Part shown: piece after piece, positions 8,105 to 16,530 of the stretch
Position numbering within the stretch: position 1 is the stretch's first letter
Layout of the letters: each line of letters opens with the position of its first letter
Virus record (IMG/VR): IMGVR_UViG_3300035169_000077
Span: 34,688 to 98,687 of that record
Strand: one strand, 5' to 3'
Length of the DNA: 64,000 nucleotides
Source: a virus
Position numbers and translations under genes: made by a program
Notes under the pieces: generated by a model
Databases searched by the model: none
What the model saw: only the letters and a program-made list of their open reading frames with translations
What the model was told of the DNA's origin: nothing

Positions 8105-10641
8105 CGAGCCTGTCGTACGTCACGATCACTGGCCAGTTCACCGGGGGCGGCAACACGCCCCTGTCGGGCAGCGTGACCTTCACGCCGAGTCAGGCTGTCT
8201 ACGCCGGGGGCGTCCCCGTCGTCACTCCCGGGGTGCCGATTACCGCCCAGGTGATCGCCGGGCAGCTGTTGTCCGAGCACGGGGGGCCGCTCCGGCTCCT
8301 GGCGACCGACAACGACGGCCTGACCTTCCTGACCCTGACGGGCTTTTTCTGGTGGTCGGTTGAGGCGGTCATCGGCGGCGTCACTCAGCCGGCGTGGTCT
8401 TTCGGCTTGCCTTCCAGCCCGACAAGCGTCGACTTGTTCGCCCTCGCGAACACGCCCTTCGGTGGAGGCGGCGGCGGCAACCTCCCGCCCGCGATCATCA
8501 CCTCCAGCGGCCCCCTTGGCCCTGAGTCAACGGCGATCCTCGCCGCCCCCGGCCTGACCGTCTCGCTGCCCGACGCGACCGCGGCACCGGGCAGGGCGAT
8601 CACGGTCAAGCTCGACTCGCCGTTCACCACCGGGACGGTCGAGACGATCAACGGGCAGCTCATCGACGGCTACCCCTCGTACCAGATGGCCGCCCGGTAC
8701 CAGTGGTGCACGCTCCAGTCGGACGGGACCAACTGGCAGGTCATCAGCGCCAAGCCCGGCGGCCTCCTGAGCATCCCCGTGCCAGTGCTGCCGGCCGGGA
8801 CCGCCAACGCGCCGTACAGCGCCCAGCTCACGGCCAGCGGCGGGTGGCCCGGGTACACGTGGAGCGTCAAGTCAGGGAGCCTGCCCGACGGCGTGACCCT
8901 GTCCACCTCAGGCGCCCTCTCAGGCACCCCGACAGTGGCGACGACCAGCGGCTTTACCGTCCAGGTGACCGACTCGATCGGCTCCATCGCGACGATCGCC
9001 CTGACTATCACGGTCGGCGGGGGCATCGTCCTCGTCCAGCAGGGCGCCGTGATTAACGCCTCGAACGGGGCCTCGGCGGCTCCCGTCTTCCTCAACGCCA
9101 CCGCGGCCGGGAACCTGCTCATCGCCCATGTCGGCGGCAACGGCTCCGGGGCCATCACCACGACCGCTTCCGGCTGGGTTGTCGTCGGCGCCGGCGGCCA
9201 TGCGATCGCCTACAAGGAGAACTGCGGGGCCGGCGAGACGCCTCCCGTCTTCTCTCGCGGCAGCACCAGCGACATGTGGGCGTACCTGGAGGAGTGGACC
9301 GGGGCCGCCACCTCAGGCGCGGCAGACCAGTCCGTGTCATCCTCCGCCGGGTCGTCGGCATGGACAGCGGTATTCCCGGCGCTGAGCACCGTGCCGGGGG
9401 AACTGCTGGCCTGCGCGGGCTACTGGAACGGCAGCAACACGGGCGGCAGCGTCGCGCTGACCAGCTTCCTCGACAACACCGGCGACACGATCACCGGCAC
9501 GTTCCTCCAGGGCGGGAATAGCTTCGGCCAGTACTTCGCCGGGGTCTCCGGGGTCGCCGGCCCGACCGGCAGCACGCATGACCAGGTCGGGATGACCCTC
9601 AGTGTCTTCGCGGGCGGCGACGGCACCCTGGTCTCGTTCCAGCCCGGCAACCAGGGGCCGCCCGGGAACCCCGTCGTCACCACCGCGTCCCCGCTGCCAT
9701 CAGCGTCCACGCTGCAGCCGTACACGGTGATCCTCGCCGCAGAAGACGGGGTCCCGCCCTACACGTGGTCGATCGCGTCCGGCACGCTCCCGGCAGGCCT
9801 CGCGCTCTCCGCGGACGGCGTCATCTCCGGCTCCCCCGTGACCGCCGCCGTGTACTCGTTCACCGTCCGGGTCACCGACAGCATCAGCGACTCCGGCACC
9901 ATGCCGCTGGGCCTCACGGTCGCGCAGACTCCCACCCCGACGTTCGTGACGTCGGCCTTCACGGAGGCCACCGGAAGCCGCAGCCAGCCGTATCCCGGCA
10001 TAGCCGCCATCACCGGGCCCACTCAGGACCCGACCGTCAACAACAACGTGTGGTCGCCGGTGACCGGGACGGCGTCCGAGCTATTCGTGGTCGATCCCAC
10101 CCGCTTCTGGGTAGTCGCCAACATGCCACCCGGGAACACTCAGGTGCTGGCATTCCAGAGCAATGACCTGCGGTTCGGCGAGTTGCCGCTCAGCAGCTTC
10201 ACTAAGGTCGTCAGCTCGTTCAGCGAGGAAATGAACCCGACTCCCGGCACGCAAGCCTGGGCGGCCTATGACATCTGGCTGAATAACTGGAACAACGAGA
10301 TCATGATCCATCATGATCTCGCCAGGTTCAATCCTTACGACTCCACGCCCCTGGCCAGGGGAATCTCGTTCGGCGGGAGCAACGGCGTGCCAGTCCTGGC
10401 CTGGGACCTGCACCTTTACGGCACCAGTGAATATGTCTGGCAGCCAGCGAATAACGCGTTCAATATCCAGTCGGGCAGCGTTGACATTTTGCAAATGCTT
10501 CAGTGGATGATTGACAATGCGTTCCTGCCGGCGGTTAACACCTTCACGGCAGTCGGCTACGGCTGGGAGATGTGCAGCACCGGCGGCCTTGATGAATTCT
10601 TCCAGGTGACCGCTTTCACCCTTGACGCCGAGTACGGCTAA
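8101..10641 (+). CDS. Receptor-binding/tail protein with two putative Ig (He_PIG-like) domains and a C-terminal GH12-like domain
   Basis: N-terminal ~120 aa paralogous to the 6024 protein; two 'YTWS..SG.LP.G..LS..G..SG.P' repeats; NNNVW, AAYDIWL, EIMI, GWE motifs. Confidence 0.8.
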   Translation: MTSLSYVTITGQFTGGGNTPLSGSVTFTPSQAVYAGGVPVVTPGVPITAQVIAGQLLSEHGGPLRLLATDNDGLTFLTLTGFFWWSVEAVIGGVTQPAWSFGLPSSPTSVDLFALANTPFGGGGGGNLPPAIITSSGPLGPESTAILAAPGLTVSLPDATAAPGRAITVKLDSPFTTGTVETINGQLIDGYPSYQMAARYQWCTLQSDGTNWQVISAKPGGLLSIPVPVLPAGTANAPYSAQLTASGGWPGYTWSVKSGSLPDGVTLSTSGALSGTPTVATTSGFTVQVTDSIGSIATIALTITVGGGIVLVQQGAVINASNGASAAPVFLNATAAGNLLIAHVGGNGSGAITTTASGWVVVGAGGHAIAYKENCGAGETPPVFSRGSTSDMWAYLEEWTGAATSGAADQSVSSSAGSSAWTAVFPALSTVPGELLACAGYWNGSNTGGSVALTSFLDNTGDTITGTFLQGGNSFGQYFAGVSGVAGPTGSTHDQVGMTLSVFAGGDGTLVSFQPGNQGPPGNPVVTTASPLPSASTLQPYTVILAAEDGVPPYTWSIASGTLPAGLALSADGVISGSPVTAAVYSFTVRVTDSISDSGTMPLGLTVAQTPTPTFVTSAFTEATGSRSQPYPGIAAITGPTQDPTVNNNVWSPVTGTASELFVVDPTRFWVVANMPPGNTQVLAFQSNDLRFGELPLSSFTKVVSSFSEEMNPTPGTQAWAAYDIWLNNWNNEIMIHHDLARFNPYDSTPLARGISFGGSNGVPVLAWDLHLYGTSEYVWQPANNAFNIQSGSVDILQMLQWMIDNAFLPAVNTFTAVGYGWEMCSTGGLDEFFQVTAFTLDAEYG

Positions 10642-10759
10642 GCGGCCCGCTCCTCCCCCATCACCTGACCCCCCTCCCGCAAGTTACGGCGCCCTTAGCG
10701 CAACCACGGCCGCGCACCCGCGGCACGCCTGGCCAATTTCAACGAGAAGGAGAACCGTC

Positions 10760-11050
10760 ATGACCACTCCCGCCCCCGAGCCAACTTCCGCCCACGAGGG
10801 CTTCCTCGGCCACGTCCGCGACTGGTTCGAGCGCGACATCGCCCCCGAGATCGCCGTCGTGAAGGCAGACCTGGAGAAGGTCAAGGCCCTCGCCCCCCAG
10901 CTGTCCAGCGTGGCGACCACGCTTGAGACGCTGGTGAAGGCCCTCGCGCCCAGTGCGGCCCCGGAAGTCGCCACGCTCGTCGAAGACGCGGAGAAGGCCG
11001 CCGCGATCATCGCGCGGATCGCGGCGGAGCTGGGCGCGGCCGGCCTGTAG
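10760..11050 (+). CDS. Hypothetical helical protein
   Basis: AGAAGGAG RBS; followed by terminator. Confidence 0.75.
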   Translation: MTTPAPEPTSAHEGFLGHVRDWFERDIAPEIAVVKADLEKVKALAPQLSSVATTLETLVKALAPSAAPEVATLVEDAEKAAAIIARIAAELGAAGL

Positions 11051-11101
11051 GCTTTTGCCCGGCAGAGGCCACGCTCGGTTCCACGGGAGGCGCTGAGCAG
11101 C

Positions 11102-11145
11102 AGAGAGGCCCCGGTCACCTGTGGGTGGCCGGGGCCTCTCTTTTT
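11102..11145 (+). terminator. Intrinsic terminator
   Basis: ~18-bp stem AGAGAGGCCCCGGTCACC/GGTGGCCGGGGCCTCTCT plus T run. Confidence 0.85.
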
Positions 11146-11270
11146 GCGTTCCCGGGGTCCGGTGGCCCGGGCGGGGCGCGGCGGCGGGTGGCCAGGTCCC
11201 GCCCCGGGCTTCAGGTCGCCGCGCCCGGTTCAACGATAGGCTCTGTCCCGCTGCACGACGGGTAACACCG

Positions 11271-11300
11271 CGCCCCGCCCCTCAAGCGAGGGGCGGGGCG
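11271..11300. terminator. Hairpin just after the CCA-enzyme stop codon
   Basis: 12-bp stem CGCCCCGCCCCT/AGGGGCGGGGCG. Confidence 0.6.
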
Positions 11301-11309
11301 TTCTTCGCG

Positions 11310-12677
11310 TTATCCTCGCTCGGCCAGCCAGCGGAGCGCCCCGGCCTCATCCCCGAACTCCCCGGCATCCTGTGCCTCCAGGGCCTCGGCGAGGATGGGC
11401 TTGAACGACGGCCCCGGCTTCATCCCCGCCGCGATCAGGTGGTCCCCGGTCAGCAGTCCCTTCGCGGGGCGTTCCTCAACCTTCAGGTCCCGGCCCAGGT
11501 CGAACCACGCGCCTGCCGTGCTCCACGCGTCCGGGTCGCCGCGCCCCTTCGCGTCGGCCGCGCACACAAGCGCGAGTTCGGTCAGGGTCGCGGGCTCCAG
11601 CCTGCGCACCAGCCGCCGCACCGCCGGCTTCGTCGGCCGCCCGAAGCAGTTCATGTGCTCCCGGATCAGCGGGACGATGCGGGCGATGATGCCCTCAGGG
11701 CAGCCGATCGACCGGAGGAACGCCGTCGCAGGCTCTACGCCGGCCTCCGCGTGGCCATGGGAGGTGATCCGGCCCTCGGTGAGCTGGCTGTGAGTGACCT
11801 TGCCGACGTCGTGCAAGAGCGCGGCGAAGACGATGACCAGCCGGTCTGTTCCGGTCAGGCCCGCCTCATCGGCAAGCCGGGCAGCCTGGTCAGCGGCTAG
11901 CCCGGCGTGGGTCCACACGTCGCCCTCCGGGTGCCATTCGGGGTCCTGCTCGACGCCGTGCATGTACGCGAGTTCGGGGTAGCGCGCGTCCCACCAGGTG
12001 TCATGCAGGACCGCCAGCGCCCGGCTGACGTGCGTGCCGCGCGTGCCGATCTTCTCCCACTCGCCCCAGATGCGCTCGGCCGGCAGTTCCCGGTACGAGC
12101 CCAGGAGATCCCGGCACAAGATGGCCGTCTCGGGGACCATGGTGAAGCCGAACCGGGCCGCGAACTGGACGCCGCGCAGGACGCGCAGCGGGTCCTCGCT
12201 GAACGCGTCCGACGTGTGGCGCAGGATCCCGGCCCGGATGTCGGCCAGGCCCCCGTGAGGGTCGATCAGCCCCCCCGTTGCCGGGTCGAGCATGATCGCG
12301 TTCATCGTGAAGTCCCGCCGGGCGCTTGCCTGGGCGAAGCTGATGTCCATGTCCGGCGAGACCTCGAAGCCCCGGTGGCCCGCGCTGACCTTCCGCTCGC
12401 GGCGGGGGACGTTGATGTCCAGGTCGGTGTCCCCGGCGCGGACCTTCAGCACGCCGTAGCTCTTGCCGACCTCATCCACGCGGCCTGCGCGGCTGAGGGC
12501 TTCCGTCAGCGCGGCGAACGTCAGGCCGTAGACCTCAACGTCAACGTCCTTGCTCTCGGCCCCGCCCATGAGGGCATCACGCACGAAGCCGCCTACGAGC
12601 AGCGGGTGGCCGCCAGCTTGGCGGATCGCGGCCAGCACTCGCTCAACGTCCGGCGACAGGCGGGGCAGCGTGATCAC
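11310..12677 (-). CDS. cca: Class II tRNA nucleotidyltransferase (CCA-adding enzyme family) with HD domain
   Basis: VGGFVRD, DVD, RRDFTMNA, EDPLRVLR, HPEGDVWTH...LLHDVGK, C-terminal GDHLI..G.KPGP; GTGA overlap with upstream gene. Confidence 0.9.
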   Translation of the reverse strand: MITLPRLSPDVERVLAAIRQAGGHPLLVGGFVRDALMGGAESKDVDVEVYGLTFAALTEALSRAGRVDEVGKSYGVLKVRAGDTDLDINVPRRERKVSAGHRGFEVSPDMDISFAQASARRDFTMNAIMLDPATGGLIDPHGGLADIRAGILRHTSDAFSEDPLRVLRGVQFAARFGFTMVPETAILCRDLLGSYRELPAERIWGEWEKIGTRGTHVSRALAVLHDTWWDARYPELAYMHGVEQDPEWHPEGDVWTHAGLAADQAARLADEAGLTGTDRLVIVFAALLHDVGKVTHSQLTEGRITSHGHAEAGVEPATAFLRSIGCPEGIIARIVPLIREHMNCFGRPTKPAVRRLVRRLEPATLTELALVCAADAKGRGDPDAWSTAGAWFDLGRDLKVEERPAKGLLTGDHLIAAGMKPGPSFKPILAEALEAQDAGEFGDEAGALRWLAERG

Positions 12678-13387
12678 GGGCGGTCCCAGTAGGCGCGGCG
12701 GACTTCTTGCAGCCACGCCTCGGCGGCAGCCTCGTCCGGGCGATCCGGGAGCACGCCGGGCTTGTCGAATGCCTCCTCGGCGCGGGCGAGCACGTCCCTC
12801 GCCACCTCTACGCCCCGCGTGGCGACGTCCTCGCCGAACTCACGGCACGCCGCAGCCTGCGCAAGGCTCAGGCGCACGCTCAGCCGGCCGCTGACGTGCA
12901 GTGCCGTCCCCTGGTGGATCAGCCTCCACAGATGGCGGGCGTGCTTCTCGGTACGCTTCCTGGTGTCGGCCGAGAACGACCCGTCACCCCGGTTCTCCAG
13001 CCGGCGGAACTGCTGGGTGGCATACCCGAGGTAGGCGTTCCGGACCGCCGGCCGCGACAGGAGCGACTTGCGGATATCTACCAGCAGGTAACCCTCGCGC
13101 GTCGCCGTCTCGTACCTGTCAAGCCACAGCAGCTCCGCGACGGTCGGATTGCACTTCAGGAGGAGCGCGGCCAGCTTTCCCGCCTCGTGGTACGTCGCGT
13201 CCGGCTTGGTGCTGACCCGGCTCGCGGCCTTCCCGAGCGGCGGGTGCAGCCCGTGGAACGCCACGGTGGGCGCGGCGTAGCAGCCGATCCGGTCCACGTC
13301 GGAGTCCTCGGTCGCCAGCCCGTATGCCGTTGAGCCGTTGATGCCCGCGAGGAGCACGTTCGGCGGCGGCTTCATCTCAGCGTCCAC
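12674..13387 (-). CDS. Pol-beta superfamily nucleotidyltransferase (PF10127 / RlaP-like)
   Basis: GSTAYGLATEDSDVD, CNPTVAELLW, AYLGYA..Q, KHARHLWRL. Confidence 0.85.
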   Translation of the reverse strand: MDAEMKPPPNVLLAGINGSTAYGLATEDSDVDRIGCYAAPTVAFHGLHPPLGKAASRVSTKPDATYHEAGKLAALLLKCNPTVAELLWLDRYETATREGYLLVDIRKSLLSRPAVRNAYLGYATQQFRRLENRGDGSFSADTRKRTEKHARHLWRLIHQGTALHVSGRLSVRLSLAQAAACREFGEDVATRGVEVARDVLARAEEAFDKPGVLPDRPDEAAAEAWLQEVRRAYWDRP

Positions 13388-13569
13388 GCTTTCCCCTCTT
13401 CCGTCGCGCCCCGTCCCGCTTCCTGGCATGGTGCCCGGGTCGCGGGGCGGGGCGCACCTCGTTTTAGCCAGGGGCCTAACAGCGGCACTCCCGGTCGGCT
13501 AGTCTCCTCCTGCGTGAGTTGAATGCTCCCGGCCGCGTCCCACGCCACGGCCGGGCGCCTACCAGGCTT

Positions 13570-14412
13570 TTAGCCGGCGTTGACCTGGACGGCGGTTACC
13601 GTCAGGTCATCAAGGACGTAGGTGCCGGCACCCTGGTCGCTGTCGTAGCCGAACGCGTAAACGTGGAGCGTCGTGTCCTGCGCCAGCGTGACCACGGTCG
13701 ACCCGCTGAAGTAGGAGTCGATCGTCGTGTGCCCTCCGGACTCCAGCGCCCCGCTTCCCACGTTGAGCAGGTCCCCGGTGAAGGACGAGTTCTTGGCCTC
13801 GTCGTAGGCGAAGAACTGGGGGAACACCTGCACGTCGCTGGTCATCAGCGGCGTCGCCTTGGCGGTCATGGACAGCAGGTAGGTGCCCGCCTTCAGGCTG
13901 ACCGTCCCGACTTCCGTGGAGTTCGCGACGAACCCGCCGCCCGTGGCCACGCTCGCCACGCTGCCCAGGTCATGAGCGCCCGCGCTGACGACCCCGGACG
14001 GCCCTTGCGGTCCCGCCGCGCCGTCCGCCCCGTCCGCGCCAGCCGGGCCAGCCTGCCCCTGGCTGCCGGTTGCGCCAGCCGGTCCCTGCGCTCCTGCCGC
14101 CCCGGTCGCTCCCTTCGCCCCCGCGGGCCCTGCCGGCCCGGCCGAGTCCCACGCCAGCGCCGTCGTCCCCGCCGGGCACCCGCCCGACGCCTGGTAGTCC
14201 GCAGCGTGCCAGTACACCCGGGTCAGCACCCGGGCGGACGGGGTACGCGAGTTCGCCACGCACCCGTACAACGTCGCCGACGTCGCCTTCGGCGGGGTGA
14301 CCGCGCTCGTGCTCGCAGACGCCGCGGTCATCAGCCCGAACGCCGCAGCGCTCACCGCCACGCCCGTCACGACCGCTACGGCCCACGGCCGCCTGATCCA
14401 TCCGACCCTCAT
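13570..14412 (-). CDS. Secreted collagen-like protein
   Basis: N-terminal signal-like hydrophobic stretch; run of Gly-X-Y triplets; AAAGGG upstream. Confidence 0.8.
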   Translation of the reverse strand: MRVGWIRRPWAVAVVTGVAVSAAAFGLMTAASASTSAVTPPKATSATLYGCVANSRTPSARVLTRVYWHAADYQASGGCPAGTTALAWDSAGPAGPAGAKGATGAAGAQGPAGATGSQGQAGPAGADGADGAAGPQGPSGVVSAGAHDLGSVASVATGGGFVANSTEVGTVSLKAGTYLLSMTAKATPLMTSDVQVFPQFFAYDEAKNSSFTGDLLNVGSGALESGGHTTIDSYFSGSTVVTLAQDTTLHVYAFGYDSDQGAGTYVLDDLTVTAVQVNAG

Positions 14413-14437
14413 TGACTGCCCTTTCGTAGCCCCCGCC

Positions 14438-15373
14438 CTAGCGGCGGGGGAGGTTCACGCGGGCCGGGCTCTCGCGGTCGAAGATGCCGCCCTCAACCGC
14501 GTCAAGGCAGCGACGGCACTTCTCCGCCCCCATCCCGATGACCGGCAGGACCGCCCCGTTGCCCGTCCGGTAGAACTGGTGCGAGATCCCGTTGCGGTGG
14601 TACGCCCCAGGCCCCGGGCACTCCGGCTCCGCCTGGCATTCGGTGCCGTCCACGTGCCGGACAACGTGACCGGGGCACGACAGCCGCCACCTGCGGCCCT
14701 CCGCAGCGGGAACCCAGCGCTCCTCGTACGCCATCGCGGCAGACGGGCATGACCGGCCGCCCTTTGACCGCCGGCGAAGGTGGAACGCGGGAGGCGGGGC
14801 ACCGGGAAGCAGCAGGTTCTCGCCCCCGAAGCTGACGGACTTGTGCCGGGAGGTGACCGGCTCCCCGCACGCCCAGCAGCACCCCGGCATGATCCCCTCA
14901 AGGCGGGCCATCTCCGCCGCGCCCTTGTCCAGCTCCCGCTTGATGTCAAGCTCCGGGCACGGCCACGGCTCCCCGCACTCACGGCACACCGGGTAGTGGG
15001 GGTGGAGGACGAACACCCTCCGCCCCGCGTACGGGCGGACCTTCACGTGCCTGCGCTTCCCGCCGCTGGCCGGCACCACGATCAGGTACAGCGGGCGGCC
15101 GTCCCATTCCTCCTCGCTGCCGGGGTTCAGCCGGCCATCCGGGGGGAACGGCCTGCCTGCCCGCGCGGCCCTCGCCGCCCGGTCCCGCTCGGCCTCGTAC
15201 CGCCCCCGGTCCGCCTCGTCCCAGTCGATGACCCGGACAAGCCGTGCCTCACGGACCACCCAGACCTTCCGGCCGTTGGCGACCAGGTCCCCGGGCTTCA
15301 GGTCGCGCCACTGACGGTGCTCACCGCCCTGCGGCTCCCACATGTCACCGCGAGGTCCCCAGAAGACGCTCAC
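14438..15373 (-). CDS. Hypothetical Cys-rich phage protein
   Basis: ORF with CRECGEPWPC and CWACG. Confidence 0.65.
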   Translation of the reverse strand: MSVFWGPRGDMWEPQGGEHRQWRDLKPGDLVANGRKVWVVREARLVRVIDWDEADRGRYEAERDRAARAARAGRPFPPDGRLNPGSEEEWDGRPLYLIVVPASGGKRRHVKVRPYAGRRVFVLHPHYPVCRECGEPWPCPELDIKRELDKGAAEMARLEGIMPGCCWACGEPVTSRHKSVSFGGENLLLPGAPPPAFHLRRRSKGGRSCPSAAMAYEERWVPAAEGRRWRLSCPGHVVRHVDGTECQAEPECPGPGAYHRNGISHQFYRTGNGAVLPVIGMGAEKCRRCLDAVEGGIFDRESPARVNLPRR

Positions 15374-15422
15374 CGCGAACGTCCCGTGAGCTGGGCGGCC
15401 AGCGCGGCCCAGGTGAGCGGGG

Positions 15423-15719
15423 TCACGCGGCGTCCTTGCGACGCCTCGGAGGCCGGGACTCCAGGACGGGAACGCTCTCGGCAGCCTGCGCCCTCCGTCG
15501 CGACGGAGGGCGGGACGAGAGCTGGCTTGACGGCTTGACCTCGTTCGCCCGCAGGTAGGCGAGCAGGTGCTCTGGCAGGAACACGGTGTCCCGCCCCACC
15601 TTGGAATGGCCGATCCGGCCGGCGCGGGCCTCTTCCATCATCCACTCGCCGGACTTCCCGCCGAGGGCCTCCCCGGCGTCCTCCGGTGTGTAGATGATCG
15701 GGGGGCGCGTCTCGGTCAT
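15423..15719 (-). CDS. Excisionase-like HTH protein
   Basis: YTPEDAGEALG...ARAGRIGHSKVGR; next to integrase; ATGA coupling to cro-like gene. Confidence 0.75.
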   Translation of the reverse strand: MTETRPPIIYTPEDAGEALGGKSGEWMMEEARAGRIGHSKVGRDTVFLPEHLLAYLRANEVKPSSQLSSRPPSRRRAQAAESVPVLESRPPRRRKDAA

Positions 15720-15937
15720 GCCGCCACCGCCCAGTCCAGGGGAGCGGCGAGTATCCCGGCGAGGACGGCCATCTCGTCGCTCGGCACGGCGCGGCGGCCG
15801 GCCTCGACCTTCGACACGGTGGGCTGCCACCACGGGTGCCCGGCACCGCGCATCTTGTCGGCTAGCTGCTCCTGCGTCAGCCCGGCTGCCTTCCGCAGCG
15901 CGGAGAGCCTGTCCCCGACGCGCTGTTCCTCGGTCAT
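15716..15937 (-). CDS. Cro-like XRE HTH protein
   Basis: LSALRKAAGLTQEQLA...TVSKVEAGRR. Confidence 0.8.
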   Translation of the reverse strand: MTEEQRVGDRLSALRKAAGLTQEQLADKMRGAGHPWWQPTVSKVEAGRRAVPSDEMAVLAGILAAPLDWAVAA

Positions 15938-15951
15938 GCCAGACATGATGC

Positions 15952-16028
15952 CATACCAATCCGGTATGCGATGCAAGACTCTTGGAGTCGCGACTGAAAT
16001 GGTCGCGCGAGCATACCGACTTGGTATA
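15952..16028. promoter_or_regulatory. Two palindromic operators between divergent HTH genes
   Basis: CATACC-N5-GGTATG (15952-15968) and CATACC-N5-GGTATA (16012-16028). Confidence 0.75.
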
Positions 16029-16038
16029 TCGTCCGGGG

Positions 16039-16530
16039 GTGACCCCACCGCACCCCGACGTGCTCCGCATAGGCGAGAACGTCCGCATAGCCCGGGAGCG
16101 CAAGGGCCTGTCCCAGGCCGCGCTCGCCGAGGAGATGCGCGCCCGCGGCTTCACCGCATGGCAGCAGCCCGCCGTGTATAAGACCGAGAAGGGCGTCCGC
16201 GAGCCCAGCGGCCGGGAGATGGCAGCCCTCGCCGCGATCCTCGGCACCACGATTGAGCGGTTCTTCTGGCTCCAGGGGGAGGCCGCCGAGTCCGACGCCG
16301 CAGACGCCGCCATCGTCGCCGTCCGCCAGTCATGGCAGGGCGCCTCCGACGCTGTCCTGCGCCTGGAGGCCGCGCTAGCCTCGGGTCGGCACCGGCTCGC
16401 GCAGGCGAAGGCCAGCAAGTACAAGCGGGTACGCGAGGTCGCCGGGGAGCTTGAGGCGGAACTCGGCGAGTCCACCCTGGAGGCCGCCGTAGGCGACGGC
16501 CTCGCCCGGCTCGAGGACGGGGACACCTGA
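16039..16530 (+). CDS. XRE-family repressor
   Basis: IGENVRIARERKGLSQAALA...VYKTEKGVREP; coupled to integrase (TGATG). Confidence 0.8.
   Translation: MTPPHPDVLRIGENVRIARERKGLSQAALAEEMRARGFTAWQQPAVYKTEKGVREPSGREMAALAAILGTTIERFFWLQGEAAESDAADAAIVAVRQSWQGASDAVLRLEAALASGRHRLAQAKASKYKRVREVAGELEAELGESTLEAAVGDGLARLEDGDT

Noticed and set aside
6024-10641. Diversity-generating retroelement or invertible tail-fibre switch
   Set aside because: No reverse transcriptase or invertase seen; differences between the paralogous segments are not adenine-specific and the copies are in direct orientation
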